DNA of 64,000 bases from positions 1,856,001 to 1,920,000 of the forward strand of contig CBDCTZ010000016.1 in the NCBI GenBank assembly GCA_965222375.1, in the 5' to 3' direction. The translations under genes and the position numbers were made by a program. Position 1 is the first letter of the stretch. Each line of letters begins with the position of its first letter. Origin of the DNA: Polyangiaceae bacterium. GTDB lineage: Bacteria > Myxococcota_A > Polyangia > Polyangiales > Polyangiaceae. The notes beneath the pieces are model-generated. The model was not told where the DNA came from. It saw nothing but the letters and a program-made list of their open reading frames with translations, and did no database searches. Of this stretch, positions 18,765 through 29,395 are shown piece by piece.

Positions 18765-19373
18765 ATGCTTCGACGACTTTGCTTTCTCAGCCTCGTTCCG
18801 GTTTTCGCCGCTGGGTGTTTCAGCGACGGCGACGTCGGCGCAAACTCCGGTGGAAGCGGCGGGCAAGCCGCAGCTAGTGGCGGCGGAGGCACCGGCGGAG
18901 TCCGCACCGGGGGCGCGGGCTCCGGAGGCAGTGACGACGCGGGTACGGCCAGCGATGCCGCTACGGGTGGCTTTGGCGCCGGTGGAAGCGGCGGAACGGC
19001 TGGCGGCGCAGGCGCGGGTGCAGGCGGTTTCGGTGCCGGCGGTGCCGGTGCGGGAGGCTTCGGCGCCGGTGGAAGCGGCGGCATTGTCGGCACCGGCGGC
19101 ATTGCCGGCACCGGCGGAGGCGGGGCCTGCAATCCGCCACCCGGCAGCCAAATTTGCGTGACCTGCCTCGCCCAGAATTGCTGCGTCGACTACGCCGCCT
19201 GCGAAGGCGATGTCGGCTGCGCCGCCGCCCTCACGACGTTCATCAGTTGCCGCGGCGCCGGTGGCGGTTACGAATGCTGCGACAAGCTGTCCCAGCAGGG
19301 CGGTGCCCTGGGCCAAAAGCTATCTAATTGTTGTTACGCTCCGTCCCCCTGCTACGCGAACTGCGCGCCGTAG
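18765..19373 (+). CDS. Gly-rich, Cys-rich lipoprotein
   Basis: Lipobox AAGC, Gly linker, C..C....CC motif. Confidence 0.8.
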   Translation: MLRRLCFLSLVPVFAAGCFSDGDVGANSGGSGGQAAASGGGGTGGVRTGGAGSGGSDDAGTASDAATGGFGAGGSGGTAGGAGAGAGGFGAGGAGAGGFGAGGSGGIVGTGGIAGTGGGGACNPPPGSQICVTCLAQNCCVDYAACEGDVGCAAALTTFISCRGAGGGYECCDKLSQQGGALGQKLSNCCYAPSPCYANCAP

Positions 19374-19598
19374 GCTCGCCGGCGGTCTCTGTGGATTGGG
19401 TCAGTTTGTTCGCGACAGCGCGCTTTCGCGCACCGCGCTTGCAACCTGAGTGACGCGCTTCGTCTTGATCTGGCAGGCCTCGGCAACCGGAAGGTTTTTA
19501 CTGACCGCCCAGGTGCGAAGGCCCGCCAAGGTCGCTAAGCTAGACCGGGCCTTGGCCGTCGCGGCTGCCGAGCCTCCGAATACTGCTGCAGAAATCGG

Positions 19599-21221
19599 CT
19601 ACGGGACCAGAATCGCGAGAGCTTGCCGTAAGAGGGCTACCAGGAGCTCGCCGCCTTGGCTGCGGCTGTCACCGTGCTGCGCCAGCGCGGCGATGGCTCT
19701 CTTCGAGTCTCCGCGGCGAAAGCCCATGTTCGTCAGCGCGCTCAGAAGCCTGGATTCCACCTCGGCCGCGTCCACGCAGGCTTGGTCGCGCACTTGGCCA
19801 CTCGGCACGACCTCCGACTGCGGGTCGGCAGCTCCGCCCGCCACATGCTCGAGACAGCGGAGTGATTCACTACAGCGGGGTCCACAAGATTCTTCCATGC
19901 AGCACCTGGATGCGTTGGGCGACGTGAGTGGGCCAGCGTCAGTTGGGCGAGAACACGGCGGATTGGGTGACGCGGGCTCGTGGGCGTGAGGTTGCTGGTA
20001 GCTCAGCCGCTCGGGTGGTGTGGGTTCGTCTGCGTCACGTGGGCGCGAGTTCGGCGCGTCGATTGCCGTGGGCGATTCAGCGTCGCCTTCGACACGGGTC
20101 TGTGGTTGTGTGCGCCCCGATTCGTTGCTCGACGTTTGCCGGCGAAGGCGAATTGCTCCACCCATGGAATCGCGTTCGACTGCCCCCTCGACGTGAGCCC
20201 CATCGTCAAAGCTCTGTTCCGGCACTCGCGGCGATTCGCTGCTCGACTCTCGCTGGCGGAGGCGAATTCTGTCCTCGATGTATTTCCGTCCGAACACCTT
20301 CTCGGCTTCGAACAAGTTGTGTGCGCCACATAGCAGACGCCCGTTGCGAGCCGTCCCAGCGCCACCGCGGGCGCGCGGATCGTAATGGTCGAGCTGCACG
20401 AAGGCACGGGCTTGGCAGCGCTCCCCGCTCGGCGACGTGTAAGTGCACTGCTCGCCGTCGCGCTCGTAGATTTCCCTGCGGGCCCAGCGGGAGAAGTCGC
20501 CGCGCTTGGTGCCAGGAGAGCGTCGCGGTCGGTCGGTCTTGCCGAGCTTCTTTTTCTCCAGATCTGCAAGCAATAGGTCGAGCCCCCGCTCGATGACCGT
20601 TGCCAGATCTCGCTTCGGATTCGAGTGACTCATCAAGTCGAGGGCGCGCTCGAGCTCGTCCTTGAGAGCAATGCCCGCAGTAAACTGGATGTGAAAGCGG
20701 TGTGCGGAAAGCGGTGACACCCGAGGCCTGGCGTGGAGCTCAACGGTCGCCCGTGGTGAAACGCCCGCACTCGATTGGTCCATCGCAGCGAGGGCAATTG
20801 CCTCAGCCGTTGAGTCCAGCGCAACTGATGGGCTCGCCGCCGCGCCAACGGGTTGGCCAGCAGCTGCGGCGTCGCTTCCGAGCTGAGCTTGCACGGGCAC
20901 CGGACGGATCGAGTCCGCCACATCTGTCCGCGGGAACCGCGAGCGGATCAGCAGCTCGACCTCCGCTTTGCTCTCGTCGCAGGCTTCGAGGAGCAGATCG
21001 GCGTGGCTGCTGTCCTTCAGATACGTCTGCAACATGCTGAGCGCGGTCACGTGGATCCGTCCCTCTCGTTTGGTGCCAGGGTGTTGGTTCCGCGGTGAGT
21101 CCCGTCTGCAGCCTTCGTCGGCCACGGGTCGCGTCACGGAGTTGTAGACCTCGACGTCTCCGTCGCCGCCAACGCAGACGTTGCCAAGTGTTTGCGTCCC
21201 AGTCCCATCTTCCAAGCGCAA
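19599..21221 (-). CDS. HNH endonuclease (DUF222-like myxobacterial family) with RuvA-C-like tail; apparently N-terminally truncated
   Basis: RDGEQCTY...RC...QLDHYDPRARGG...LLCGAHN; SALTNMGFRRGDSKRAI...LLRQALAILVP; paralog of 30383-31723. Confidence 0.8.
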   Translation of the reverse strand: MRLEDGTGTQTLGNVCVGGDGDVEVYNSVTRPVADEGCRRDSPRNQHPGTKREGRIHVTALSMLQTYLKDSSHADLLLEACDESKAEVELLIRSRFPRTDVADSIRPVPVQAQLGSDAAAAGQPVGAAASPSVALDSTAEAIALAAMDQSSAGVSPRATVELHARPRVSPLSAHRFHIQFTAGIALKDELERALDLMSHSNPKRDLATVIERGLDLLLADLEKKKLGKTDRPRRSPGTKRGDFSRWARREIYERDGEQCTYTSPSGERCQARAFVQLDHYDPRARGGAGTARNGRLLCGAHNLFEAEKVFGRKYIEDRIRLRQRESSSESPRVPEQSFDDGAHVEGAVERDSMGGAIRLRRQTSSNESGRTQPQTRVEGDAESPTAIDAPNSRPRDADEPTPPERLSYQQPHAHEPASPNPPCSRPTDAGPLTSPNASRCCMEESCGPRCSESLRCLEHVAGGAADPQSEVVPSGQVRDQACVDAAEVESRLLSALTNMGFRRGDSKRAIAALAQHGDSRSQGGELLVALLRQALAILVP

Positions 21222-21242
21222 TCCCGTGGCCCCGCACTAGAT

Positions 21243-21285
21243 TAGCGGCCCAGCGCCGCTCCAACGCACGCGACCCCCAAACCCA
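21243..21285 (+). repeat. Dispersed bipartite intergenic motif, copy 2
   Basis: TAGCGGCCCA-N18-CGACCCCCAAACCCA. Confidence 0.65.
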
Positions 21286-21308
21286 CCAAGCTCAAGCAGT
21301 GCCTTGGC

Positions 21309-22931
21309 TCAGTTGCACTTGAACAAAGGCGCGAGTGGTGAAAGCGGGCCGCCGACGGGGCCAGGCGGCGTGTTGTCGTACTTGAGGAGTTCGGTCTCCA
21401 AGATGGTCCGCGTTTGCGCCAGGGTTTGGTCGAACTTGTCGTCGGTGCTGTCTTGGGCCAGGCAGAGGAACTTGTCGACACCGCAAATGTTGATGGTTTC
21501 ACATCCAGGAGCGGCAGGGCCTGCAGCTTCGATGGCCTTGTCCCCGTAGGCGACGCGTCCGTCGACCATCACGAGGCGCACGTTTTCGGGTCGCGCTTTG
21601 AGCAGATCGTCGTAGGGCGTGGTCACGCCGCCGGAAAAGACGGTGATGTCGGCGCGCTTGCCGACTTCGAGACTACCTAGGTATTGCTGAACGCCCAGGG
21701 CGACGGCTGCTTCGCTGGTGACCATTTTGAACAAGCGCTCTGGGGAGAGCACGTCGCCGAACTTGGTGTTGTCCCAGTTGTCCGCGAAGCGTAGCTCCTC
21801 GAGCATGTTCAGGCCGCCGCCGAGTGCCCAGTCCGGCGCGAGGGCGATAGTCTTGACGCCCGAGCTGATCGCCAAGGGGATGTTCGTGGTGTCGTTGTAG
21901 AGGAAGACGTTCGAGGTCGGCGACCAGATCAGTTTCATGTCGGCCGCGGCCATCTTCCCGAATTCGAGGGCGGTCAAACTGGTTCCGTGAGTGATGGCGG
22001 TTTCTTTCGACTCGAAGCAGCCATTTTCTCTCGCCAAAAGCTTGTCGAATTCCTTCTTGGAGGTCGTGTCGATGCCTTCTGCAATGTGCACCACATAGGC
22101 GTTGGTCGTGCCCGCCTTGATCGCGTCGCAGGCACTCTTGGCGGCTCCGGTCGATGGCACCGAGATCGATGTGCGGATCTTGTCGTCGGGGAGCAAGTTG
22201 TGGGGCGTGTCGATGGTGCGGGCCGAGACTCGATAGCACTTGCGTGTCGTTGCGCCGGGCGCGAGCAAGAACGATGTCGTGCCTGCGATGATGGCCTTGG
22301 TCTCGGCATACTTGGCCATCTCGCAACTCACATTCGCGCCCGAGGAGACGGACTCCATGTACTGCTTGGCGTCGACCACGGCGCCATAGCGCGGCTCGCT
22401 GGTCGGGTTCCACTGGGTGTGGTTCTTGAAGAACTTGCCTGGGTTCCAGTCGTCCTCGTTGAAGATGTTGAACAAGCCGTGATTGTGCGAGTCGATCAAC
22501 CCCGGCATGATCATGCCGTTGGTCTGGATGATGGTCGCTCCTGCCGCGCCTGTTTCGCCACTGCACGATGCGGCCACGCAGGTGATCATATTGCCCTCGA
22601 CGAGCACCTCGCCCATGATTGGACCCGCGGGCGCGATGACCGCGCCCTGTAGCAGGTAGCGATCTGGGGCGCCCGGCGTGATGGACGGTGGAGTGCCTCC
22701 GCCCACGCCGCCCTGGCCACCCAACCCGCCCGTGCCGCCAGCCCCGGCGCTGCCCGCGAGCCCCCCTTGCCCCGCGCCACCGGCTTGACCCGCGCTGCCA
22801 CCCACGGAGCCGCCGCTGCCGCCCAGCTGGATGTAGCCGCCGGCGCCTCCCGCGTCGCCGCCCTCGCTGCCACAGCCCGCCATCGCCAAAAGCCCCACCA
22901 AGCACCCGACCGAACAAGCAAACTGCCGCAT
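21309..22931 (-). CDS. Amidohydrolase-family lipoprotein
   Basis: Lipobox MAGC; PGLIDSHNH, HIAEG, HG, ALAPDW, GSLEVGKRADI. Confidence 0.88.
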   Translation of the reverse strand: MRQFACSVGCLVGLLAMAGCGSEGGDAGGAGGYIQLGGSGGSVGGSAGQAGGAGQGGLAGSAGAGGTGGLGGQGGVGGGTPPSITPGAPDRYLLQGAVIAPAGPIMGEVLVEGNMITCVAASCSGETGAAGATIIQTNGMIMPGLIDSHNHGLFNIFNEDDWNPGKFFKNHTQWNPTSEPRYGAVVDAKQYMESVSSGANVSCEMAKYAETKAIIAGTTSFLLAPGATTRKCYRVSARTIDTPHNLLPDDKIRTSISVPSTGAAKSACDAIKAGTTNAYVVHIAEGIDTTSKKEFDKLLARENGCFESKETAITHGTSLTALEFGKMAAADMKLIWSPTSNVFLYNDTTNIPLAISSGVKTIALAPDWALGGGLNMLEELRFADNWDNTKFGDVLSPERLFKMVTSEAAVALGVQQYLGSLEVGKRADITVFSGGVTTPYDDLLKARPENVRLVMVDGRVAYGDKAIEAAGPAAPGCETINICGVDKFLCLAQDSTDDKFDQTLAQTRTILETELLKYDNTPPGPVGGPLSPLAPLFKCN

Positions 22932-23026
22932 GACCTTCAATTTATCAGCCGAGCGCGGCATTTGCACACCGGCCCCGGGGCCCAGCACTGGCGTTGCGCG
23001 CCCTTAGAGGGTATTGGGGGCGGAAC

Positions 23027-23641
23027 ATGTCGGCCTCGACCCAGCTTCCCCCGAAGAAAGACGTCGTGTTGGCTCTTCTGGAAAGTAGCGACGTTTTCGT
23101 GCACTTAGACCCGAGAGGGGAGCACGTGAAGGTGCCGGCGTGGTTCAAGCACCAGCCCCAACTCGTGCTCCAAATCGGCCTGAACATGCCCGTGCCGATA
23201 CCGGATCTGGAAGTCGATGACGAATCCGTGTCCTGTACACTGAGCTTCAATCGTTCGCCGTTCTTCTGCTTCGTGCCGTGGAATTACGTCTACGCTTTGG
23301 TGGGCGCCGACGGCCGCGCGATGGTCTGGCCCGAAGATGTGCCGCCAGAAGTGGCCGCCCAGGCCGCCAAGGTGGAAAAGAAGCTGGCGGCGCGCGCTCA
23401 TTTGCGCGCGGTGGATGATGACGACGACGCCGAGGCTCCCGGAGTGGATCCGCTGATGGCGGAGCTGGCCGGTGCTGGCACCAATGCGGTGCTCGAGCCA
23501 GAAGTGCCCACGCGATCGGAAGCGCGAGCCTCCAAGCCGCCGGAGCCGGAGCCACCGCTGCCACCGGAGCCGGAAGCCCCGACGCCGGTCGCTGAAGAAA
23601 AGGGCCGCAAGCTTCCGCCCTATCTTCGCGTGGTCAAGTAG
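23027..23641 (+). CDS. sspB: ClpXP specificity-enhancing factor SspB-like protein
   Basis: VFVHLDPR...V.VP, TLSFNRSPF.C.VPW, C-terminal PPYLRVVK ClpX-binding tail. Confidence 0.82.
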   Translation: MSASTQLPPKKDVVLALLESSDVFVHLDPRGEHVKVPAWFKHQPQLVLQIGLNMPVPIPDLEVDDESVSCTLSFNRSPFFCFVPWNYVYALVGADGRAMVWPEDVPPEVAAQAAKVEKKLAARAHLRAVDDDDDAEAPGVDPLMAELAGAGTNAVLEPEVPTRSEARASKPPEPEPPLPPEPEAPTPVAEEKGRKLPPYLRVVK

Positions 23642-23650
23642 TCGCTCGGG

Positions 23651-24220
23651 TCAGTCCGTCGCGGCATCGCCTGAGGCGTCGGTCGCGGCATCCGCACCGG
23701 CGTCTGCCGTGGCATCACCCGTTGCATCGACGGCTGCGTCACCTGGGCTAGCGTCGTCGTTGCCGCCGTCGAGAGGTGGCAAGCCGCCGGTGCCAGAATC
23801 TGCGCCGGCCTGACCCGCGTCCGCGCCGCCTTGGCCTCCTGCGCCACCCTGCCCACCAGCGCCAGCACTACCCGCGTCCTGGGCTACGCAGGTGAAGGTG
23901 CCATCCACAATGTCACAGGCGTAGCCCGAGACGCAGCCGTGAAAACTGCAATCACCGATTCGGCACTGCCCCTTTTTCGTGCACGTTTCGTTGATGCCGC
24001 AATCCGAGGGTGCGGTGCACTGCGTGCCGGAACTCCCCGCGCCGCCACCGGACCCGCCGGTGTTCGGTACGTAGCAGGCGCCCGAGGTCAGGTCGCATGT
24101 TCGGCCGGGGCCGCATTCGGCGCTCGACGTGCAGCCGTGGGGCTCTTCGGGGTAGATCGGGCAGCCGACCAGAATCAGGGGGGCGCACAAGACAAGGCTG
24201 AACATCCAGAAGCGTCGCAT
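23651..24220 (-). CDS. Cys-rich lipoprotein
   Basis: Lipobox LVGC; C....EC...C repeats; DA-rich tail. Confidence 0.75.
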   Translation of the reverse strand: MRRFWMFSLVLCAPLILVGCPIYPEEPHGCTSSAECGPGRTCDLTSGACYVPNTGGSGGGAGSSGTQCTAPSDCGINETCTKKGQCRIGDCSFHGCVSGYACDIVDGTFTCVAQDAGSAGAGGQGGAGGQGGADAGQAGADSGTGGLPPLDGGNDDASPGDAAVDATGDATADAGADAATDASGDAATD

Positions 24221-24463
24221 CGATGACTCCGTCTCCAAGCGACATGAGGTTAGCAAGCGATATGCCTCGGACAAGGCCCCCGAGTTTCGGGGAAATACGC
24301 CTTGCTGAGTGAAAATCCGTTCACGCCGAGGGCGTAACCTCGCAGATCGCGGCTCAAAGGCCGTTTTTTTGGGCCACTCGTGGTGGTGGCAGGTCCAGCT
24401 AAGAAAACAGGGTTGCCGCTCACCTTCGTGCTAAGTTCCACACGTTTTCTAAGGGCTTGCTGA

Positions 24464-26581
24464 ATGGACGTCCGCTGTGGTCGATGCGGCACTGAGTACG
24501 AGTTTGACGACGCCCTCGTTTCCGAGCGCGGCACGACCGTCAAGTGCACGAATTGTGGGCATCAGTTCAAGGTGCGCCCCCCGGATGCGGGCGCGGGCGC
24601 ACCAGAACGCTGGGTAGTTCGCACCGCGACGGGTCGTGAACTGGTCTACACTTCGCTGCGTGAATTGCAGCGCGGGATCGCGCAGCGTCAGGTTGGGCCA
24701 GAGGATCTGCTTTCCCGGGGCAACCAGCCACCACGCCCCTTGGGCAGCATCGCGGAACTCGAACCCTTCTTCGTGACCCGTGCGGTTCCCGCGGTTGCTG
24801 GGGCCCAGAACCGCACCTTGGTTGGTGTTGCACCGCCCGCAGCCGGCGCTCCCGCGCCCGCGCCGCCTACGCCGAATCCGCTGACTCAAACCCTTCCCTT
24901 AGAGAAGTCCGATCCCGAACCTAGGACGAAGCCGTCACCACCCGAAGCGGAAGCGCGACGGCAGCCTACCGACACGTCGCCGGAAACGCCCGAGGCGATC
25001 GAAGAGCAAGAGCCACCGACCCTCCCGCGCACCGTGAAACCCAAGCCCATGGAGCGCGGGAGCACGTCGACCAAGCCATCCCCGGTCGTGGATCCGATGC
25101 TCACACCGACGCCCAGCGCCGTGCGGGAAGCGATGGTGTCGTACTCCGAGATGCCCGCCGGGGGGCCTGCCAGCTTGCCGGTCGCTCGCCGGGCCACATC
25201 GCGCTGGATCATCGGGGTCGTTTTGGCCGGCATCGTCGTATTGGTAGCGCTCACCGTGGGCCGGCGGTACCTGGAGAAGTTCACCTCCCAGGGCGACAAG
25301 ATTGCGCAGAAGACCGATGCTCGAGTGCAGGGCTTTCTGACCCGGGCTGAGACCCTGCTGGAGGAGGCGGACTTCGAGGCGGCTCGGGAGCAGCTGGACA
25401 AGGCGTCGGTCCTGGCAGAAGGGGACCCGGCGGTGCTGTCTGCGCTGGTCCGCTTGGAAGCGCTGCGTGCAGACGTGCTGTGGCTGCGTCTGCGTCTCTT
25501 GGACCCCGCCGACGAGCAGTTGGTCAAAGCGACCCATCGGCAGCTAGGGAGCCGCGTGGGGCGCGCAGAGCAGGCCCTCGAAAAGGCCAAGAGCAGTGCC
25601 GCCAAGGAGCCCTCGGTGCTGCGCGCGGAAGTGAATGTGTTGCGTCTGGCGGGCAAAGTGAAGGATGCCCGGGCCAAGATCGGGCCGATCGCATCTCAGG
25701 CCAGCGAGCCGGCGAACGCCTACGTGCTGGCGGCTTTGGACCTGGCGGAGCCGTCGCCGACCTGGGCCTCGGTGATCGAGCGCTTGCGCACGGCGTCAGC
25801 GGCAGAGCGCGGCATGGGCCGGGCGCGGGCAGCGTTGGTGTACGCACTGGTGCGATCCGGAAACCTCTCCGGGGCGAGCACGGAACTCGACAAGAGCGGC
25901 GCGCGAGCCAAGAGCCACCCGCTGTACGATGACCTCGCCGCGTTCGTCGCGCGCCACGAAAAGGTTGCAGATGCTGGTGCGGACGCACAGGCCGAGGTGG
26001 CCACGGTGGATCCCTCGTCCCTGCCCGTTCTGGACACCTCGACGACTCAGGAGCCCGAGATACCCGCCGGGGACTTCCGCGGCCAGCTTCGACAAGCCTC
26101 CAGTGCGCTGAAGCACAACGATCTCGACCGCGCCGAGCGCCTATACCAGGCCGTGTTGGCCAAGCAGCCCGGCAACACGGAAGCCCTTGCGGGGTTGGGC
26201 GACGTCGCGCGACTGAAGCGCGACCCCGCGAAGGCCGAAAAGATGTACGAAAAGGTCCTGGAGAAGAACCCGAGCTACCTGCCTGCGATGATCGCTCAAG
26301 CAGATGCCAAGTGGGCAAACGGAGATCGCAAGGGAGCGCTGGTCATCTACCGAAGGGTCCTGGAGCAATCCGGTCCAAGTACGAGCTACGGCAAACGGGC
26401 TGCGCAACGGATCTCTCAAGGCCCGGGAGACGAAGGGCCGTCGATTGGCGGCAAACCGTCGCCAGCACCCGAAGCTGGTGCTGCTCCTGCCCCCACCGAA
26501 AAGCCGACCCCCAAAGACGAGCCCAAGAAGGAAGACAAGCCCCACATCGACACCACCGATCTGCCGGGGTTCGGTAAGTGA
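24464..26581 (+). CDS. MJ0042-type zinc-ribbon / TM / TPR protein
   Basis: MDVRCGRC...VKCTNCGHQF, Pro-rich linker, TM, TPR repeats. Confidence 0.85.
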   Translation: MDVRCGRCGTEYEFDDALVSERGTTVKCTNCGHQFKVRPPDAGAGAPERWVVRTATGRELVYTSLRELQRGIAQRQVGPEDLLSRGNQPPRPLGSIAELEPFFVTRAVPAVAGAQNRTLVGVAPPAAGAPAPAPPTPNPLTQTLPLEKSDPEPRTKPSPPEAEARRQPTDTSPETPEAIEEQEPPTLPRTVKPKPMERGSTSTKPSPVVDPMLTPTPSAVREAMVSYSEMPAGGPASLPVARRATSRWIIGVVLAGIVVLVALTVGRRYLEKFTSQGDKIAQKTDARVQGFLTRAETLLEEADFEAAREQLDKASVLAEGDPAVLSALVRLEALRADVLWLRLRLLDPADEQLVKATHRQLGSRVGRAEQALEKAKSSAAKEPSVLRAEVNVLRLAGKVKDARAKIGPIASQASEPANAYVLAALDLAEPSPTWASVIERLRTASAAERGMGRARAALVYALVRSGNLSGASTELDKSGARAKSHPLYDDLAAFVARHEKVADAGADAQAEVATVDPSSLPVLDTSTTQEPEIPAGDFRGQLRQASSALKHNDLDRAERLYQAVLAKQPGNTEALAGLGDVARLKRDPAKAEKMYEKVLEKNPSYLPAMIAQADAKWANGDRKGALVIYRRVLEQSGPSTSYGKRAAQRISQGPGDEGPSIGGKPSPAPEAGAAPAPTEKPTPKDEPKKEDKPHIDTTDLPGFGK

Positions 26582-28395
26582 TTCGCAAGCTGATTGCGCT
26601 TGGGGCCATCGCGTTGTTGGCGACGGGCGCGTGTCGAGGCCGACCCCGCTCCGGGCCGGTGACCAAGACCAAGCAGTCGAGCGCCTTCTTGAGTCTGTCG
26701 TCCAAGAAGGTCGTGGAGTTTGATCTCACGGGTGGCGTTCCCGAAGGCACCGACGGTGGTGGTTTTTTCCCCTTGCCTGCGAATCGAACCTTCACTGGCT
26801 TGGTTCGCGCTTTCGAGCGTGCAGCGCGGGATCAGGACGCCAAGGGCGTGCTCGTGCGTTTGGGCGGTGCCCGCCTGGGCTACTCCAAGAGCGAGGAGAT
26901 TGCGCGGCTGCTGACGGGGCTGCGGGATGCGGGCAAGCCGGTGGTGTGCCACGCGCACGCGCTGAGTAACGCAACCACGATGCTGGTGCTGAAGGCCTGC
27001 GATCGTTTGTGGCTCAGCCCAGCGGGCGAGGTGGAGACTGTCGGCCTGGCCGGGCAGGTCGTCTACTTCAAGGGTGCCTTGGACAAGTTCAAGATCCGCG
27101 CGGATTTTGTTCGCGCCGGCAAGTACAAGAGTGCCGTCGAGTCCTTCACGAATGACGGTCCCAGCGATGCTGCGCGGAAGAGTACGACTGGCGTATTGCG
27201 CTCTATTCGCAAGACCTGGCTGGACACGACGAAGAAGACGACCCGCAAGGTCAAAGACCTGGGCAAGAGCATGGAGCTCGGCCCCTGGAGTGCCCGGGAG
27301 GCCAAGCAGCGCGGCTTCGTCGATGAGCTGGGCTACGAGTCCGAAGCCCTTGCGGACGCCAAGCAGCGCGCCGGCGCCGAGCGGGTCAAGGCGCTATTCG
27401 GCAAGAGCTCTGCCCCCGAGGAGGGGCCGAACTTTGGCGAGATGATTCGGATCTTGGCCGGCGCCGACGAGGGCTCCGGGCGACCCCATGTGGCCGTGGT
27501 GGTGGCGGAAGGCGCCATCACGATGCAGAGCGGCGGCTTGTTCGGCGGGGGCATCACCGCCAAGGCCATGGAGAAGGTCTTGCGTCGGTTGAAGAAGTCG
27601 GACGCTGCCAAAGCAGTGGTTTTGCGAATCGACTCCCCGGGGGGCTCTGCTCTGGCCAGCGACCTGATTTGGCACGAGCTGATGGAGCTGAAGAAGAAAA
27701 AGCCGGTCATCGTCTCGATTGGCAGCATGGCGGCCAGCGGTGGCTACTATATCGCTTGTCCTGCAGATCGGATCTTCGCCGAGCGCTCCAGCATTGTCGG
27801 TTCAATCGGCGTGTTTGGCGGAAAGCTCGCCCTGGGGGAAGCCCTCGGCGAGTACGGTATTACCAGCGCGACGTTCCCCGCCGCGGACGATCCGGATGCA
27901 CAAGCTCGGGCCACCTATCTCTCCGGGCTGACTCGCTGGGACGAAAAGACCAAGCAGCGGGTTCAGAAGAACGTGCTGGATATCTACAGGCTGTTTCTGG
28001 AGCGCGTTGCGACCGGGCGCGGGCAAACGCCGGCGCAAGTGAAGAAGAGCGCCGAGGGGCGGATCTGGTCGGGCACCCAAGGGCTCAATCGCAAGCTGGT
28101 GGACGAACTGGGCGGACTCAGCGAAGCCATTGCTGAAGCGAAGAAGCGGGCCAGTCTGGACGAGCGCGCACCCGTGGTGCTCGAGGGCGGGCGTGAGAGC
28201 CTGTTGGATGCGCTGCTGGTTGGAGACAGCGCATCGGAGCGACAAATCGCCGAAGCCGCCTTGCGCGCCAGCTCCCAGCGAGCCATGGCGCAGCAACTGC
28301 CGCAGCAGTGGCGTCCCTTCCTCGCTTCCATCAGCCCACTGATGTACGGGGAGCGCACCGTCGCAGCACTGCCCTTGGCGTTTCGGCTTCGCTAG
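26578..28395 (+). CDS. sppA: Signal peptide peptidase SppA (S49, long form)
   Basis: GKYKSAVE, RIDSPGGS, MAASGGYYIA, GSIGV, GRIWSG...LVDELGG. Confidence 0.93.
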   Translation: MIRKLIALGAIALLATGACRGRPRSGPVTKTKQSSAFLSLSSKKVVEFDLTGGVPEGTDGGGFFPLPANRTFTGLVRAFERAARDQDAKGVLVRLGGARLGYSKSEEIARLLTGLRDAGKPVVCHAHALSNATTMLVLKACDRLWLSPAGEVETVGLAGQVVYFKGALDKFKIRADFVRAGKYKSAVESFTNDGPSDAARKSTTGVLRSIRKTWLDTTKKTTRKVKDLGKSMELGPWSAREAKQRGFVDELGYESEALADAKQRAGAERVKALFGKSSAPEEGPNFGEMIRILAGADEGSGRPHVAVVVAEGAITMQSGGLFGGGITAKAMEKVLRRLKKSDAAKAVVLRIDSPGGSALASDLIWHELMELKKKKPVIVSIGSMAASGGYYIACPADRIFAERSSIVGSIGVFGGKLALGEALGEYGITSATFPAADDPDAQARATYLSGLTRWDEKTKQRVQKNVLDIYRLFLERVATGRGQTPAQVKKSAEGRIWSGTQGLNRKLVDELGGLSEAIAEAKKRASLDERAPVVLEGGRESLLDALLVGDSASERQIAEAALRASSQRAMAQQLPQQWRPFLASISPLMYGERTVAALPLAFRLR

Positions 28396-28465
28396 CGACG
28401 GCGTTTTCAGCGCGCCGGATTCGTGGCTGCTACGGCGCAGGCGAGCGCAGGCGGTTTCGTTTTGT

Positions 28466-28508
28466 TGGTTTGGTTGGGGTCGCGACGCTGGTGCGAAGTG
28501 GGCCGCTA
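28466..28508 (-). repeat. Dispersed bipartite intergenic motif, copy 3
   Basis: Reverse complement TAGCGGCCCA-N16-CGACCCCAACCAAACCA. Confidence 0.65.
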
Positions 28509-28728
28509 CTCTCGACGTGGGCCACTCACCAACTGCAATCGAGAGTTTGCGTGCGATCTCGCAATTCGGATTGGCCGCATGCATACCGTGCGGGCAACAA
28601 CATCGTGCTCACCAATGGCCGCGGCGAGATGTGTCGTGTCAAGGACAGCGCCCCTGCGGCCGCCCCGCGTGGGTGTTCCGGTGGCAGTGTGCGTTGTTCG
28701 GTTCAACAGAATGTGGGAAGAGCCGTGT

Positions 28729-28935
28729 GTGGAGTTCGGCCAACTGTCCCCGGAGCAGCGCGACCTAGTGGCCCAAATGCAGCCACTATGGGAGCGCGCC
28801 CACCGCATCGTCGAGCGACAGCCCGCCCTGGATATCTCGGACGTTTTTCACGCGCTGCGGAATCTGCAACGCACGCCGTCGGAGCGCCTTCGCCGCGCCG
28901 TAACCTATGGTCGACCTCGCGCTAACGCCCGCTGA
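28729..28935 (+). CDS. Small partner (antitoxin-like) protein upstream of the nucleotidyltransferase
   Basis: 68 aa from GTG; D...LRNLQRTPSERLRR motif; overlaps the next gene. Confidence 0.6.
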   Translation: MEFGQLSPEQRDLVAQMQPLWERAHRIVERQPALDISDVFHALRNLQRTPSERLRRAVTYGRPRANAR

Positions 28936-29371
28936 ACGAACCTTTTTGGAGGCCCTCGACCAGTTGGGGGTGCGCTACCTGATCGTGGGGCTGGGTGCAG
29001 CGGTACTTCAGGGCGCGGACACAGTTACTGCCGACATCGACTTGTGGTTTGCGAATCGCGAGGATCCGGGGATCGCCGAGGCGGCACGACGCGCCGGTGG
29101 CGTCTGGGTTCCGGCTAGCTTCGGAATGATGCCGCCGATGCTGGGCGGCAATGAATTGGGAGACCGCTTTGATGTTGTGCTCAAACTGTCGGGGCTCAAT
29201 GAATTCGACGTGGAGGCACGCGCTGCGAAATCAATAGAGGTGGACGGCCTAGCTGTGCCCGTTTTGCCCCTCGAGCGCATCATTCATTCCAAACGTAGCG
29301 CCGGCCCTGCGAAGGACCTCGCAGTGCTACCAGCACTCGAGGCGGCGCTTGCTGCGTCCCAGGACGTCTGA
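28907..29371 (+). CDS. Pol-beta superfamily nucleotidyltransferase (DUF6036-like)
   Basis: VRYLIVG...G....TADIDLW...SKRSAG..KD. Confidence 0.8.
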   Translation: MVDLALTPAERTFLEALDQLGVRYLIVGLGAAVLQGADTVTADIDLWFANREDPGIAEAARRAGGVWVPASFGMMPPMLGGNELGDRFDVVLKLSGLNEFDVEARAAKSIEVDGLAVPVLPLERIIHSKRSAGPAKDLAVLPALEAALAASQDV

Positions 29372-29395
29372 GGGGATTCCCCTGGTCATGTCGCC

